This document shows positions 38,600-51,444 of a DNA stretch of 64,000 bases, piece by piece. The notes under the pieces are model-generated. The model was not told the DNA's origin and did not search any database. It saw only the letters and a list, made by a program, of their open reading frames with translations. The position numbers and the translations under genes are program-made. Source of the stretch: Podarcis cretensis (Eukaryota). The stretch's first letter is position 1. Each line of letters starts with the position of its first letter. Where the stretch lies: the NCBI GenBank assembly GCA_951804945.1, contig OX638160.1, forward strand, positions 27,342,001 through 27,406,000, written 5' to 3'.

Positions 38600-41500
38600 A
38601 TAAGGCAGCTTTGTACATTCATATAAATAAGTCATCAACACAGTGCCCATGAACACCACATAATCCAAAGTCACCTCTCATGGACCCACATGGCCCTTGA
38701 CCCCTATCAGTCAAGTGAAGTGTTTGCCTCCAGCAACCTATCTTCTGTAATTTCCCAGAGCTATCTTCTGTAATTTCCCAGAACTTACACCAGAGGTGAG
38801 CAGCAGAAGGCAAAAACTGGAAAAAGAAGAATCTGCAGCCACCTGGATGGAGAATGAGGAAAAGAGAGAAAGACTCCACCAGTACCTAGGAAATGGGGGA
38901 AAGCAGTGGAAAGTGAGCAATGGGTTGGTGAATGTAACCCATTCATGAACTTCACCAGTTTGCATTCTCAATTTCATCTGTGAAATGGGTATTTTGTTGT
39001 ACATTGTGAGGGCAAATATTTGGCATTAGGGGCTCAGGTCCAACCTCTGTCTTTTACTCAGTTCCTTGGGGCAAATTATTTATCCTTTATTACTAGCTAG
39101 GCTCCCACGGCAGCAGTTTTGTGATGCTGCCCACAAAACTTATCAAATTTCCAAACAAAGCTACAGGCCCCAAAGGGTTAGTATAAATATTACTAACATT
39201 ATTCTATCAATATACTAAGCAGAAATAAAGCAGACTCCTTCTGGTTTTATTTTTCTGAAGTTATATTCATATGGAGTGATATGAGGGAAATTGTTCCTTG
39301 GACTTTGATTAATTGCATTTTAATAATGTGCCTTTCCTGTCTTAACTGATGAACTTCTGGGCTAAGTAGTACAGATGCCTGCAGGAACATCCTGAGAAAA
39401 CTAGGGGACAGGTAAGTGGGGGGAGTCAGCGAGCTAGTTCTGACTCACTTCCCAAGGTATGGTTGCATTCCACCTTCTGCAAGTGGGCAAGTTATAGCAT
39501 GAGACCCTGCAGGATAAGCCAGTCTACAGAACTGAGCTCTGTAGTTGGACTTGCCTGGTAAAATATTTTTGGAGCTCTCCAACAGTTCTGTGACATAAAA
39601 GCTCACAGTACATTTCAAAGTATCTTTCCCAGATGGGTAAAATGCTAATATAACATATAACAATAAGTACTTCGGCCTGATAATTGGTACCTTGATCCTA
39701 TACAAAGGCACAAAGAAGAATACAGTCTTGCTCTTGTGAGACAAGGCTATATGACAGGGATGGGAAACCTGTGTCATTGTCACCCCATCCCCCCAATGCT
39801 CTTGGACACCTATTCCCATTAGGTAGCATGACCAATGCTCAGGGATGACGGGAGTTGGAGTCAACAACATTTGAGGGCCAATATTAGTGACACCTGTGCT
39901 AGGTGGTTGTGATTATTAGGTCCAGAGGACCCTAGGTTAACTGGAGGGCCACAAGTTAGCTGACTCTGGCCTACAGGGAGAGAGTCGGGCAGATAATAAA
40001 TGCTACTCCATTTGCTCACTAGTCATTTGCTTGCATGCTTGGAGGGAGCAGGTTAACGTGCAGCACTAGCAAAGGGAAGATGTCCAAAGGCTTGAAGTTA
40101 ATAGTGGCCCACTATTTGGCATTTGCACAGTGATGCTGGTCATGAAGCTGATCATGCCAACATTTAGCTCTAATATACCACAAGTGTTGACATTCCATGA
40201 TTATGTCATAAGAGCCCTTGATCAGTCTTGGCCTAGATTTTGAACAGCTACTTCATGATTACACATCAAATGTGTAAGACAGTTTTTCTCTTTGTTTGAT
40301 AGCTCAGTAGATTGATAGCTCAGTAGTACCCCAATGGGCCAACACTCACTCATTCATCTCAGTAACTCCTCCCAATTTGGGAGAAAGGAAGGATATAAAT
40401 ACATTTACTAATAAAAATAATTTTTCATACTGTTAAAGCTGTAACACATCACATCTTTCTCTTTCAGAACTGAAATCTCCAAAAGGTCTCTTCATATTAG
40501 CTTTGGGGTGCTTGCAACACTTTTGGGGGGCGGTATCATTTTATTAACTGCTATCCCTACCAAGTTGATATGCGTGTGTGCGCGCGCACATATAACAAAT
40601 CTACATATATGTTTTGTGTTCTTTAACATAAAGTCTTGTCTACAGGACACATACCAATTTGGAAGAATTACACATTTAATCAGGCAATGAAACACATGTT
40701 GTTTATTGAAGACTGAGGTGGGTTATGATAATTCACCACACACAGAGAGAGAAAGCACTTTGGTAACACTACTATTTCAGCCAGAAAGCCCAAAGGTGAA
40801 ATTCTAGCACTTTCATACACCCGACCATCAAGTCATCTAAGCAATTACTCAGTTAAAGGAAATGATGTGTAGATACTGTAGGTTGATAAAGTTAAAAGGT
40901 GGTTCATTAAAAAATATTTTTCTCCTCCAAGAATTAATCTGCATTTTGAAGTAACTCGAACACAAAGAACAGGAAGAAAGAAGGGACATATGGGTTTTTT
41001 TATCATATCATTTCAAGTTTGATTAAGTTACAGGAAAAAGTAAATGGCATTAGAATATAAAGGAAGCTAATCTATAAAGGAAGTGGGGGGGAAGGTTAAA
41101 GAAGTCAACAGTAATTAAATGGTGATTGAAGCTGAAAGAAAATTGATCTGTGTTAGCTGAAGGCCGTTCTTCCCTTTTGGGATGTTATGCATGGGTGAAG
41201 AGGGGAAAGAAAGGTTTCTGCTGTTTTGATATGGAAATACATGTCACATCATCTTAGCTTGTGGCACTGTGACTCAGGGCTGCCATGGATTTCTGGTACA
41301 CTGCTCCTAGTGTCCTATGCATGCTTGGGGGGCATTGTGTGAAGATGAGTTGCTTGAACAAAGACCTGTGAGGTCAAAAGTCATGGGAGCTTGGGAGCTT
41401 TGTATGCTGTTTTGTCTCAAGCGTGGGTGAAAAAGAATCACTCTAAACTAGCAGACGGGATAAGAGCAAATCTAACAGATATCTGTCTTGAAACTATGAA

Positions 41501-41645
41501 ACACATACAGCACTAATACAGGGGGTAAAGGTTCCTTTGTTGGTATTTTGTGGTGTCTGCAAGAATACTGGCATGATAAACTCTAGAACAATCCAGTTGT
41601 TTTCCCAAACACACTGAAGGTATTTGATCCATTATGACTAAAATA

Positions 41646-41978
41646 CAGCGGTGCCTCGCAAGACGTTCCGCGAGTCTCTTCGTCTAGCGGTTTTTTCGTC
41701 TTGCGAAGCAAGCCCATTGACGGATTAGCGGATTAGCGCTATTAGCGGTTTAGCGGCTTTTAGCAGCTTTTAGCGGCTTATCGGTTTAGCGGATAAGCGG
41801 CTTAGCGGCTTAGAAAAGGGGGGGGAGGGAAAAAACCCCGCAGGAACCCGCAAGACATTTCCGTCTTGCGAAGCAAGCCCATAGGAAATTTGTTTTGCGA
41901 AGCACCTCCAAAACGGAAAACTCTTTCGTCTAGCGAGTTTTCCATCTTGCGAGGCATTCGTCTTGCGGGGCACCACTG
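41646..41978. mobile_element. TcMar-Tigger-like MITE with internal minisatellite
   Basis: TA|CAGCGGTGCCTCGCAAGACG ... CGTCTTGCGGGGCACCACTG|TA; multiple CGTCTTGCGA subterminal repeats. Confidence 0.9.
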
Positions 41979-43032
41979 TAGTTAGATGATTTCATTCCAA
42001 GTAAGAGTTTGGAGCACATCTGAAGAGATGTTAGGATAGAGCAGACACTAACTAAAAAACATGCTTTTAAATTATCTACCTCCATCTCATACATGTCCTT
42101 CGGGAATTGATACAAGATAATCAGAAGAGCCTTGCTAGATCATATCAAAGGGTCTCTTGTGTACAGTGATCAGTCAGTGGACAAGTCTTGAGAACCACAG
42201 GTAGAAGGATACTCACCAAAGAGGGCTTCCAATCCCTTCCTCCTCTCTCCCATTAAAGCCAACTCCTGAAGAGCTTCTAAACAGCGTGGCACGAAGCAAC
42301 GAGAGGTTGCTGAAGGAAAGAGAAATTAACCAAAATCAGGTGAGGGCACCTTGCAGGTGTATAAGCCCTACTCAGCAAAGGGGTATCTGTCTGATTTTGG
42401 TCAATTTGCCCTCCCCTGATAACCCAGTGCCCCAGTCCACACCATGCATCATCTCATAATGGCAAGGAGGCTCTTTTGAGCCTCCAGACAGACTTTTTGG
42501 TGCACACAGGGAGCAGTAGAAAAAGGAGGGGAAATGAAAGTCCTCTGCCTTGAGTTTCCTTGTGCTTATGGCTCTTGGGACAAAAGACAAAAGCCACTAT
42601 TTTCCCCGGCCCTTTGAACCACCACCAACCTTCACAGTTGGCTACAGCAGTACTGCAGATGCTTGTCCTTCCCTTTTTACCAGTGACACCAGTATTCCAA
42701 ACTGTTTACTATGAAGTGGTCTCCTGAAGGTCTTATATAAATGGCAGAAACCCAGGAAATTATTGGCAAAATTTGAGAGTATGGGAGCAGGGATGTGAAA
42801 TATTGTTTATGCAGCTATGAACTGGGCTGCCTTGAAGCAATTTAGTTTTGTTTGCCAGTGCAGGGGCACAATAGAATAAAACAAAACACTGTTGTCATTC
42901 CCTCGAATGCATGGATTCAAATAGCCTGCTCAGTGCTTTCACAGTTGCACTAAGTCAGTGCAGCCTGCCATCATCAATGGTTCATGCTAGCATAATAATA
43001 ATAATGGGAACTTTGCTCTTCTCACTCCCCAG

Positions 43033-43059
43033 GATCCATCCAGAAAATGCTCTCCTACG
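43033..43059 (+). other. Candidate 27-nt frame-preserving microexon (host gene unidentified)
   Basis: ctttgctcttctcactccccag|GATCCATCCAGAAAATGCTCTCCTACG|gtaagt: strong acceptor, consensus donor, open in all three phases. Confidence 0.5.
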
Positions 43060-43223
43060 GTAAGTGCCTTTTGGAGACCAATTGGGATCTAAAGAACCGT
43101 TTCATTCTTGAAAGAATTATTTTCATTCACAGTGAAACACTCTTGAATTTTACAGATCATCACCAAAAGTGGGGTGGGTGAGGTTTTTTTTTTTTTTTTA
43201 AATAGTTGGTGAAAAATGCCTAA

Positions 43224-43395
43224 NNNNNNNNNNNNNNNNNNNNNNNNNNNNNNNNNNNNNNNNNNNNNNNNNNNNNNNNNNNNNNNNNNNNNNNNNNNNN
43301 NNNNNNNNNNNNNNNNNNNNNNNNNNNNNNNNNNNNNNNNNNNNNNNNNNNNNNNNNNNNNNNNNNNNNNNNNNNNNNNNNNNNNNNNNNNNNNN
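43224..43395. other. Assembly gap (N run)
   Basis: 172 N. Confidence 1.
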
Positions 43396-43860
43396 CATCC
43401 TCTCGCCACCGAGGCAGTAATCGCTCCTCTCTGCTGGGGGTTGCTTGGTACTGTGGTGGGGATATGCAAAGGCTGCTGGCATTTCCAAACATAGAAGGCC
43501 GACATTTCTTCCGACTTTGAAGTTAATAATCCTTCAGAAGTTGAAAAACTGTGGGATTTTCAAAACGCTTTTAATGTTCTATATGCCATGCGCTAAAAGT
43601 AAATATCTGCAAGTAATCACTGAAGGCTGGCACATGGAATTATTTTACAGCACCAACCACTGTAGCCTAATGTGCTCTGTGACAGAGTAAATTGTGTTTG
43701 TTTTTTCACATTGATCGTGTTTTTAGGGAAGGAGGAAGACTCCAATCACGTTGTGTAATAAAGTGCCAAGAGTACTGCGTAGGCATACAGTCTCCACCGC
43801 AGTGAGAGCAGACTTTCTTTCAAGGAAACCTCAGCATACCTCTTTTGATATATCTTAGAA

Positions 43861-43981
43861 CAGGGTTTTCCAAACTTGGGTCTCCAGCTGTTTTTGGACT
43901 ACAGTTCCCATCACCCCTGCTGGCAAGATGGTGGGAATTGTAGTCCAAAAGTTGCTGGAGACCCAAGTTTGGGAAACCCTA
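43861..43981. mobile_element. hAT-Charlie-type palindromic MITE
   Basis: TIR CAGGGTTTTCCAAACTTGGG / CCCAAGTTTGGGAAACCCTA; TSD TCTTAGAA/CCTTAGAA; same family as 7904-8014. Confidence 0.9.
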
Positions 43982-44184
43982 CCTTAGAATATGAAGAAGA
44001 CTGAATATGCCTTGTGGGGATATAAATTGCACATTGCCACTTCCCTGGAGACAGGCAAAGGGAATATTTCTGTATTGGTTCCAGGAGGCCTCTCAGTCAC
44101 TTGTGAAACTGTGGCTATCTGCTTTCCTTAAACCAATTTGAAAAGCTAGTTAGTATTCAGCCAATAGTGATAGACTTGTTACTT

Positions 44185-44345
44185 CTGCTCAGAGGTAAAG
44201 CACACGCAGAAGTTCAACGATTCAATCCCTGGTGTCTCCAGCTAAAAGCAGCAGGTGATAGGAGAAGACTTTCCTGAGACCCTGGAGAGCTGTTGCCAGT
44301 CAGAGTATACAATACTGGCTAGATAAACAAATGGCTTGACTCCTG
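44185..44345 (+). mobile_element. Squam3-type SINE (old)
   Basis: GCTCAGAGGTAAAGCAC..GATTCAATCCCTGG..CCTGAGACCCTGGAGAGCTGTTGCCAGTCAGAGTATACAATACTGG. Confidence 0.7.
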
Positions 44346-44702
44346 AGTCTTCTGCTTTTTCGTAAACCATATCCATGATGTGAATCTTGGGGATATGTGA
44401 TCTTCATACTGGAATTGGACAATACAGAGGTCTGTTTTGTTATCCCTTTTCAATCCAACATTTACAAGTAGGATCCTCAGCAAATTTTGAAGGAATTCTC
44501 CACGGCCAGGCAGCCATGCCCTTCCCAGGATGCACCTTTCCATTTATCTCCCTCAATGATCAGTAAGTATTTAATGCCCACTGAGCATACTCAGTCCTCA
44601 CTGTGCTGTTCTTGAGGTTTTCCCCCTTAAGTAATCTTTCTGAAATAGGTTGCACTGGAGGGAACTACTAGTATGGAAATGCCTTTGCAAGTAAGCTTAA
44701 TT

Positions 44703-45000
44703 GGGGCCCCATCTGCACTGCACATTTAAAGTGGTGTCGTGGCACTTTAAATAGTTATGGCCTCCTCCAAAGAATCCTAGGAACTATAGCTTCTTAAGGG
44801 TGCAAAGAGTTATTAGGAGCCCCTTATTCCCCTCACAGAGCTATAGCTCTCAAGAGTGGTTTAACAGTCAATCCCTCTTTCCAGGAAAACCTGGGAATTA
44901 CAGCTCTGAAAGGGGACTAGGAGTCTCCTATCAACTCTCAGCATGCTTCCCAGAATTCTTCAGCAGAGCCTTAAAATGGCCTTATAATGCAGATAGGTCC
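44703..45000. mobile_element. PIF/Harbinger-like palindromic MITE
   Basis: GGGGCCCCATCTGCAC...TGCAGATAGGTCC termini; same interior as 26647-26972. Confidence 0.7.
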
Positions 45001-45633
45001 TGAGAGAGAAGTCGCCATAGTACTGGTCAAAGACTGTGTGCGCTTCTTATTTGCAGCAAATGAGCTTCTGCACAGCACAAAGTAGTCCAAGTTAGTCCAT
45101 TGATGATCTATCTGGAGCAATAATTTCGTGGAGCAGATATTCATCAGATGTGTATAAAAAAAATGAGAACTGAATGGTAGATCTGCAAATAGCCCTAGGC
45201 AGCAGCCACACATTGGTCACAGCATGAAGAAAAATATGCAGGAAAAGTACAGTAAGGTGGTGCACCTTCTCAAGGCCTCTTTTAGCTGAGTGAAAATAAT
45301 AGCTTGTTTGATGAACATTCAAGTGAAAATTTAATTGGTCCTAGACAGTCACCCCTCCTGCCACCTAGCATGTGGGCTGTTTCTAGTTCTTAATCACTAC
45401 CCAATTGCACAGACTGAGATTAAACTAAAAAAAGAAAGAAAAAAGGTTGCACCTTTCAGATTATCTGGTTTATTGTGGCAAGACAGCTGTGTGTTTTGCC
45501 TAGAGCCGTTCAACAATGTCATCTCAGTACCCCATTTGTGGGCAGAGAAATTGGAGAAAAACATTTCAATGTACTTCTCCAAGGATCAGAGAAATTCTCC
45601 AAGTGTTTTTCAGGGGTAGTTGTCACAATTAGC

Positions 45634-45764
45634 NNNNNNNNNNNNNNNNNNNNNNNNNNNNNNNNNNNNNNNNNNNNNNNNNNNNNNNNNNNNNNNNNNN
45701 NNNNNNNNNNNNNNNNNNNNNNNNNNNNNNNNNNNNNNNNNNNNNNNNNNNNNNNNNNNNNNNN
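45634..45764. other. Assembly gap (N run)
   Basis: 131 N. Confidence 1.
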
Positions 45765-47471
45765 TTGTTTGGCTTTGCTGCTGCAATGCTGATGTTAAGT
45801 GGCAGTGGCAAAAATTATGCTGGCAGCCCGGCCACCAATTTGCATCCACAATTCCCCAGACCAAGCATTTCAGGGCATTGTTTAATAAAATGTCAGCAAT
45901 CATACTTCTTCTTTTCTTTTTTTAAGTGTAGAATATTCAGGAAAAAAATATGGCCTTCTTTTTCGAAGGGAGATGAGAAAAGGGGAAACCTCAGAAATTT
46001 TCTCAGAAAAAAAGCCTTACAAGAAATTTCAGCTGAACACTAGAAAGGACATAAAAATAATGGGAATGCAAAATAAAAATGTGGTCTCAGTAGCTGGTAT
46101 TGAAAGGAAATAAGCCTAGAGCACATAATATGTAATGAAGAAGTAGCTTACCTGGCCTGATTTTTGAGATTCCTGCAAGTGACCTTTCATATATAATATG
46201 GAAGAACAGGACAATGCTAAATTTACACACAAGCCATCCATCCCATCCAAAGACATCTGGACTTGAAGGACTTGTCAGAATGAATATGAGATGAATCCTG
46301 TGTGTCTGTATATATAGAAAAAAGCATAGCACAGCAGTGACTGCACAGCACTTTCTGTATTCCTACTGTGTACAAGGCAAAGATTTTTCAGTTCATACAT
46401 CATTTACAACTTGCTACAGGGATTCCACAAAGCCGGTACATACCCTTTACACAAAGAAAAGAAAAGAAAGATTCCGGAAAGAAAAGATTCTGAAAGTATG
46501 TCTGCTGAATAGGCAGTGAGTGTCAGGGGGTACCTAATGAAACGCAATGCTCGCCAAGAAACGAAATAAATAAGTAAACAATAGTGGCATTTCCACATGC
46601 TACTACATGTCCAAAAGACTTCTGCTGAAATTACTTGAAGAAAATATTATTCCCTCACCAATCAGTGGTATCATTAGCCAGAGGGAGGAAGAGACATTGA
46701 AGGATAGATACCTCGTTTCCCACACTCCATCTCCTGATAAATAAGATCCTGTATGTACCATTTGACCCACACCATTCAAATTGTTATTGGGAAGACACAT
46801 GTCTAGACATGCTGTAACAAACATTTGATGTCTCAGAATATGGCCAGAAAAGCAAAGTCCGCTTGAGGTAGGCTGGTGGGGGAGATGCCAAAGCAGCAAA
46901 AGGTTTCTTTCTACTTAGTAGACGACAAAACATTTTGTGTTGCCATACAGAAATGTTTGTTTTAATGAATTCATCATTGTTATCATTTAGCTTAAATATA
47001 TATATTAAGGCCACAAAGCAAATTTCAAAAGTAAGGAAGTTAAACAAGAAAAACAACCGATTTAAGATAAAAATAAAACAAAATCAACCTCAGTGTATAA
47101 CAACCTTTTTCATTATTACACTCACATCCCATCCTCCTTCAAGGGGGCATACATGGTTCTCCACCTGCCCATTTTTTCTTCAAAACAAATTGTAAGGTAG
47201 GTCCTTAATTCATTGACAAATTACATCAGGATGAACAACATTTAAAAATCAAAAAGTGCCTTCTTCCACTGTGCTGTTAAGTTTGCTAGCTGTTCTTGGC
47301 ATCGCTAGTGTTCCTTTTCTGTAAAATGGGACCAATGATGTATATGCAATTAGAGCTTCTATTTTATTTATTTACTTATGACATTTTTGGCCCTTAGGGT
47401 CTGAAAGTTTTTGTCTGAGGAGATTCTGAGGAGAAGAGATTCAGAGAGAAAAGCAAGACTTGAGGGACTTC

Positions 47472-47888
47472 TGTGAGCAGAAGTTTTGAGCAAGTCAGAA
47501 CAGAAAATATCCCCTTCTAAGTTTCTTCCAAAGCTCCCAACTTCCCCTTAGCACAGAAAGAGACCACACATTTGGTAAGTTAAAAACAGTTTACTTACAA
47601 ATTAATGTACTTTTCCATACAATAGCAAAATTGGTAAATGTTTCTAAATTATTTGCACAGAAACACAAAGATGGCTTGCTAAAGCCACACAGTCTGGGCT
47701 TGGAGCAAGCAGCCCAGACATATTTACTAGTTGGTTACATGGTGGAAAAGAGCGAGAATAAAGAATTAGGGAACCCTCCCAATGTGACCTAGCTAAGCCA
47801 GGGAGAACAGTTTACTCTATGGTCTTAACCCCTTCATGGAGTAAATAGAGTTAAGCACATTAGTTATATGAGGCTGGCTTATCCCACA
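47472..47888. mobile_element. Probable solo LTR (ERV-like)
   Basis: Block of about 420 bp bounded by TGTGAG...TCCCACA; shares words with 708-1166; no clean TSD. Confidence 0.35.
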
Positions 47889-49103
47889 CAAAACAGGGTG
47901 CTCATGTAAAATTAGTAGGTTTCCCCCCAAAAAAATTTGAGAACTGGATCCAGCTATGCTCATCCACATGTTTCAGCTCATCCACTCAGCTAGTCAGAGA
48001 GTAAAAGCCAGGAGATTTATCAAGGCTCTGGTGGACCACCATGCATGGCTGGAATGTTACATTCTGCTTAGTGGGTCACAAGTTGTATAGGTTTGAGTTC
48101 CTACACAGTGAACTGTTAGAAAAGGGGAAGAGGGCTTGTCAAACTTAAGTGTTTAAGAAAGAACTTGTGGAGTGGATTGGAGGTTCTTCAAAACCACAAT
48201 GAGAGTTATAGATTCTTATTTGGAACATAAGCATAAGGAAAGAATTCTGTAGAAAGATTGTAGTGCTTCAAAACTAACAATTGGTTGTGCTACTCCTGTT
48301 CTTAATAAAACACATGGATAACTGAAACTGATTTGGCATGCCCCCTGACTACCTATAGTATTTTTCTGGGCACCACTTCTTAAAGACTTACTTCCCCCAC
48401 CCCACCCCAACTTCAGGGAATTGCAATTTACTACAACTGGAGAGTTGGAGACTGTAGTCATAAGCAAGTTAATAAGTATTACAGTCTGGGTTCAAATGCG
48501 TCATGTATAAAATGCCTTCTTTACTTGACAGAACTCCACAGGAATCTTTATATGAACCTTAAACTGAAAACACAACTGTAACTTCATCTGGGCCTGTGTC
48601 TGTTTGCACTACAATCTTATGCCTGTTTCAAAATTATTTAACCATCATGGTTCTCAGTTGTCATGATCCTGAACCCTAGAATTATGATTCTGTATAGGAG
48701 CAGAGCTGGGGAAGTTGTGGCACTCCATATACTGTTAAACTTGAATGCCTAACAGGCCCAGCCAGCCAAGGCCGATGGTCAAGGATGATGGGAGCTGTAG
48801 TCCAGCAACATTTGTGGGGCAAGAGGTTCATGATTTGTTCATCAATGAAACTGAAACACAGTTTTTACATGAGCTCTATGGAAGTAACATCAGAAACCTC
48901 TTTGGCTCTAGCTCAGGGACAATGGACCAGGCCAGTGGCAGCTGATCCATTACAGCAAATAGGGCACTGTCCCATCAACTTAAATCTGCCCTCAACCAGT
49001 ACCACCCACCCTGTCTTTTTTCTTACAACCAATTCAGGAGGTGGCACTGCCTGTTAGCTTCTTCCTCTGAAGTCTCAGTGTTGCCCTTATAGAACTCAAA
49101 GCA

Positions 49104-49298
49104 TTGTTGTTGCTGTCGTTTAGTCGTTTAGTCGTGTCCGACTCTTCGTGACCCCATGGACCAGAGCACGCCAGGCACTCCTGTCTTCCACTGCCTTCCG
49201 CAGTTTGGTCAAACTCATGCTGGTAGCTTCAAGAACACTATCCAACCATCTCGTCCTCTGTCGTTCCCTTCTCCTTGTGCCCTCCATATTTCCCAACA
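49104..49298 (-). mobile_element. Bov-B (RTE) LINE 3' fragment
   Basis: Minus strand encodes MLGNMEGTRRRERQRTRWLDSVLEATSMSLTKLRKAVEDRSAWRALVHGVTKSRTRLND; CAA tail. Confidence 0.95.
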
Positions 49299-50292
49299 TA
49301 GTGGAGATTAAATGAGGAGTGGGAGAAAAAGGAGGTATATAAATGCAATAAATAAATAAGATGGGGGCAAATCTAAAATTAGTTGACACTGTTTATCATT
49401 GGCTCTGGTTCCACCTCCTGTCTGGGCCCCTAGCTTTCTGCTGCAACAGTCACAATGGGCACTAGCAGCTACTGGACCACACCAAGGCAAGACACCAAGG
49501 AATGTGATTCTGCTGCTGACACACTTCTTTTAAAATGTCCAGCTTTTACAAAGTGTGTTTGTAACCATTATCAATGTGGCCTTAAGACAAGATGTGTTTT
49601 GAAGGGTTCAGGAATTACAAAGTAAACAATAAAAATCCTTTTCTGCAGTAACTATGGTTTCTTTTAGTATTATTATCTTAGACAATCTCTCAATTTTAAA
49701 GGAGTAGGTATTGCAAATAAAGGCTTGAAAATTCTAAATCTCCCTGAACAGTGCTGTTATACATTCATGGTGTTTTTTTAAAAAAAATGGATTGTTCATA
49801 TTTTAGGAGCTGTTCTGCTCTTAACAAGCAGACAATTTATTGTGGATGGAATTTGCCCATTTATTGTGTGAAGACAAAAGTGTTTGTATGAATAAACTTT
49901 AATCAATTCTGCCTTCACTTTCAGAAATATTTGTAGGCCAGGCATCAAAGAGTGACAGCAACTATGCTTTCAAATGAGAGAAAGTGAAACAGGGTAATAC
50001 GGGTAAGTTATTTTATAAAAATATAACAGGATTTATTTCAATAGTTTTCTTTCGTGATCTACAATAAGAGCTACATAAGATATGTGTCTTGCAAACTCTT
50101 TCATTACTCTTGGAAACTATGAAAGGAAATGCCTAAAATCAGTAATCTTCTGATGGAGAACCATTAGCGCTCAAAACACTGTGTAGCCCATTGCATACTT
50201 GCCAATAAAAGCTTTGCTGCATCCAAACACTTTTTATTGTGTGGAAACCTTCCCTCATTACAAGAATGGGTCTTAGCCATCCGGACTAATTA

Positions 50293-50551
50293 CAGTGGTA
50301 CCTCGGGTTACATACACTTCAGGTTACATACGCTTCAGGTTACAGACTCCGCTAACCCAGAAATAGTACCTCAGGTTAAGAACTTTGCTTCAGGATGAGA
50401 ACAGAAACCGTGCTCCAGTAGTGCGGCAGCAGCAGGAGGCCCCATTAGCTAAAGTGGTGCTTCAGGTTAAGAACAGTTTCAGGTTAAGAACAGTTTCAGG
50501 TTAAGAACGGACCTCTGGAACGAATTAAGTACTTAACCCGAGGTACCACTG
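50293..50551. mobile_element. TcMar-Tigger-like MITE
   Basis: TA|CAGTGGTACCTCGGGTTA ... TAACCCGAGGTACCACTG|TA perfect TIR; repeated TCAGGTTA(AGAAC) subterminal motifs, including a 17-bp tandem triplication at 50461-50510. Confidence 0.93.
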
Positions 50552-51444
50552 TAGAAGGCTCTCTAATCTGAACTCTCATGTGAATTAAAACATTCTGGCA
50601 CCTAGGTAAGAGGAGTCTACTGCTAAAGGAGGAACATTTTGTAAAAAACAACAACCCACAAGTCGGATAACAATATTTAAATACGTGAGGTGGAGAAAAA
50701 CAGCTGGGCAGGCAGTTGGGCAGGGCTAGTCCTTCTATGGCAATGGATAGTGCCTCAGGCAATGGATAGTGAGAAATGACAGATTGTGCACCTCTCAAAC
50801 CAGCTCACTGCCTATAGGCCTGGCCATCCCCCATCACAATTAGCTGGTCACCCACCCACTGCCACTACTAGCCAGTGGCTACCACTGCTGTCTGCCACTC
50901 TTTCCTTGTTTCTTCCACCTCCATGCCTTCCACCACCCATCCAACTGCTTCCACAGACTGTCACTGGGCAGGGGCACCTGGCCTTGCTCTGAGGAAGAGG
51001 TTCCTTCTCAGAGCAAGGCATTGTGGGTGAGGTTATCCGTCAAGTGCTTATGCCACTACTGATTTGCAGAGTGTTAAAATGCACAGCTTTAAAATAGAGT
51101 TTAGCATTTCCTTGCATTTTGAAGCTTAAAGAATTTTTAAATTATATATTTAAGCTGCATTTTTAAAGCTGTGGCAGCACAGGCACTCTTTGCCTCATTC
51201 AATGAGCTCTTCGTAAGACTGAGACCAGGAGTGAGTTTCATTAACATGTCTCTGCAGCCAGCTGAGCAAATGGAGAAGCGGAGAGCAGGCAAAGGAAGAG
51301 AAGAACATTGAATAGGCAAGCAGGTTGAAAGGAGGCAGCAGAGGAAGGGAGGGAGGAGGAAAAGGTGGGGTGGAGGCAGCAGAGAAGGGATGGAGGTGGC
51401 TGGGTCAATCTCAGGTAGCAGAATGTCTTGTAGCAGGCCTGCGG

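Noticed and set aside
38738-38782. 23-bp tandem duplication (also a 16-bp one at about 40298-40327)
   Set aside because: Ordinary slippage duplications with no further structure.
41721-41813. Interstitial telomere or CRISPR-like array
   Set aside because: The unit is TTAGCGGN rather than TTAGGG, there are no unique spacers, and it lies within a TA-flanked MITE in a vertebrate genome.
43089-45925. ORFs containing X runs
   Set aside because: Artefacts of the two N gaps.
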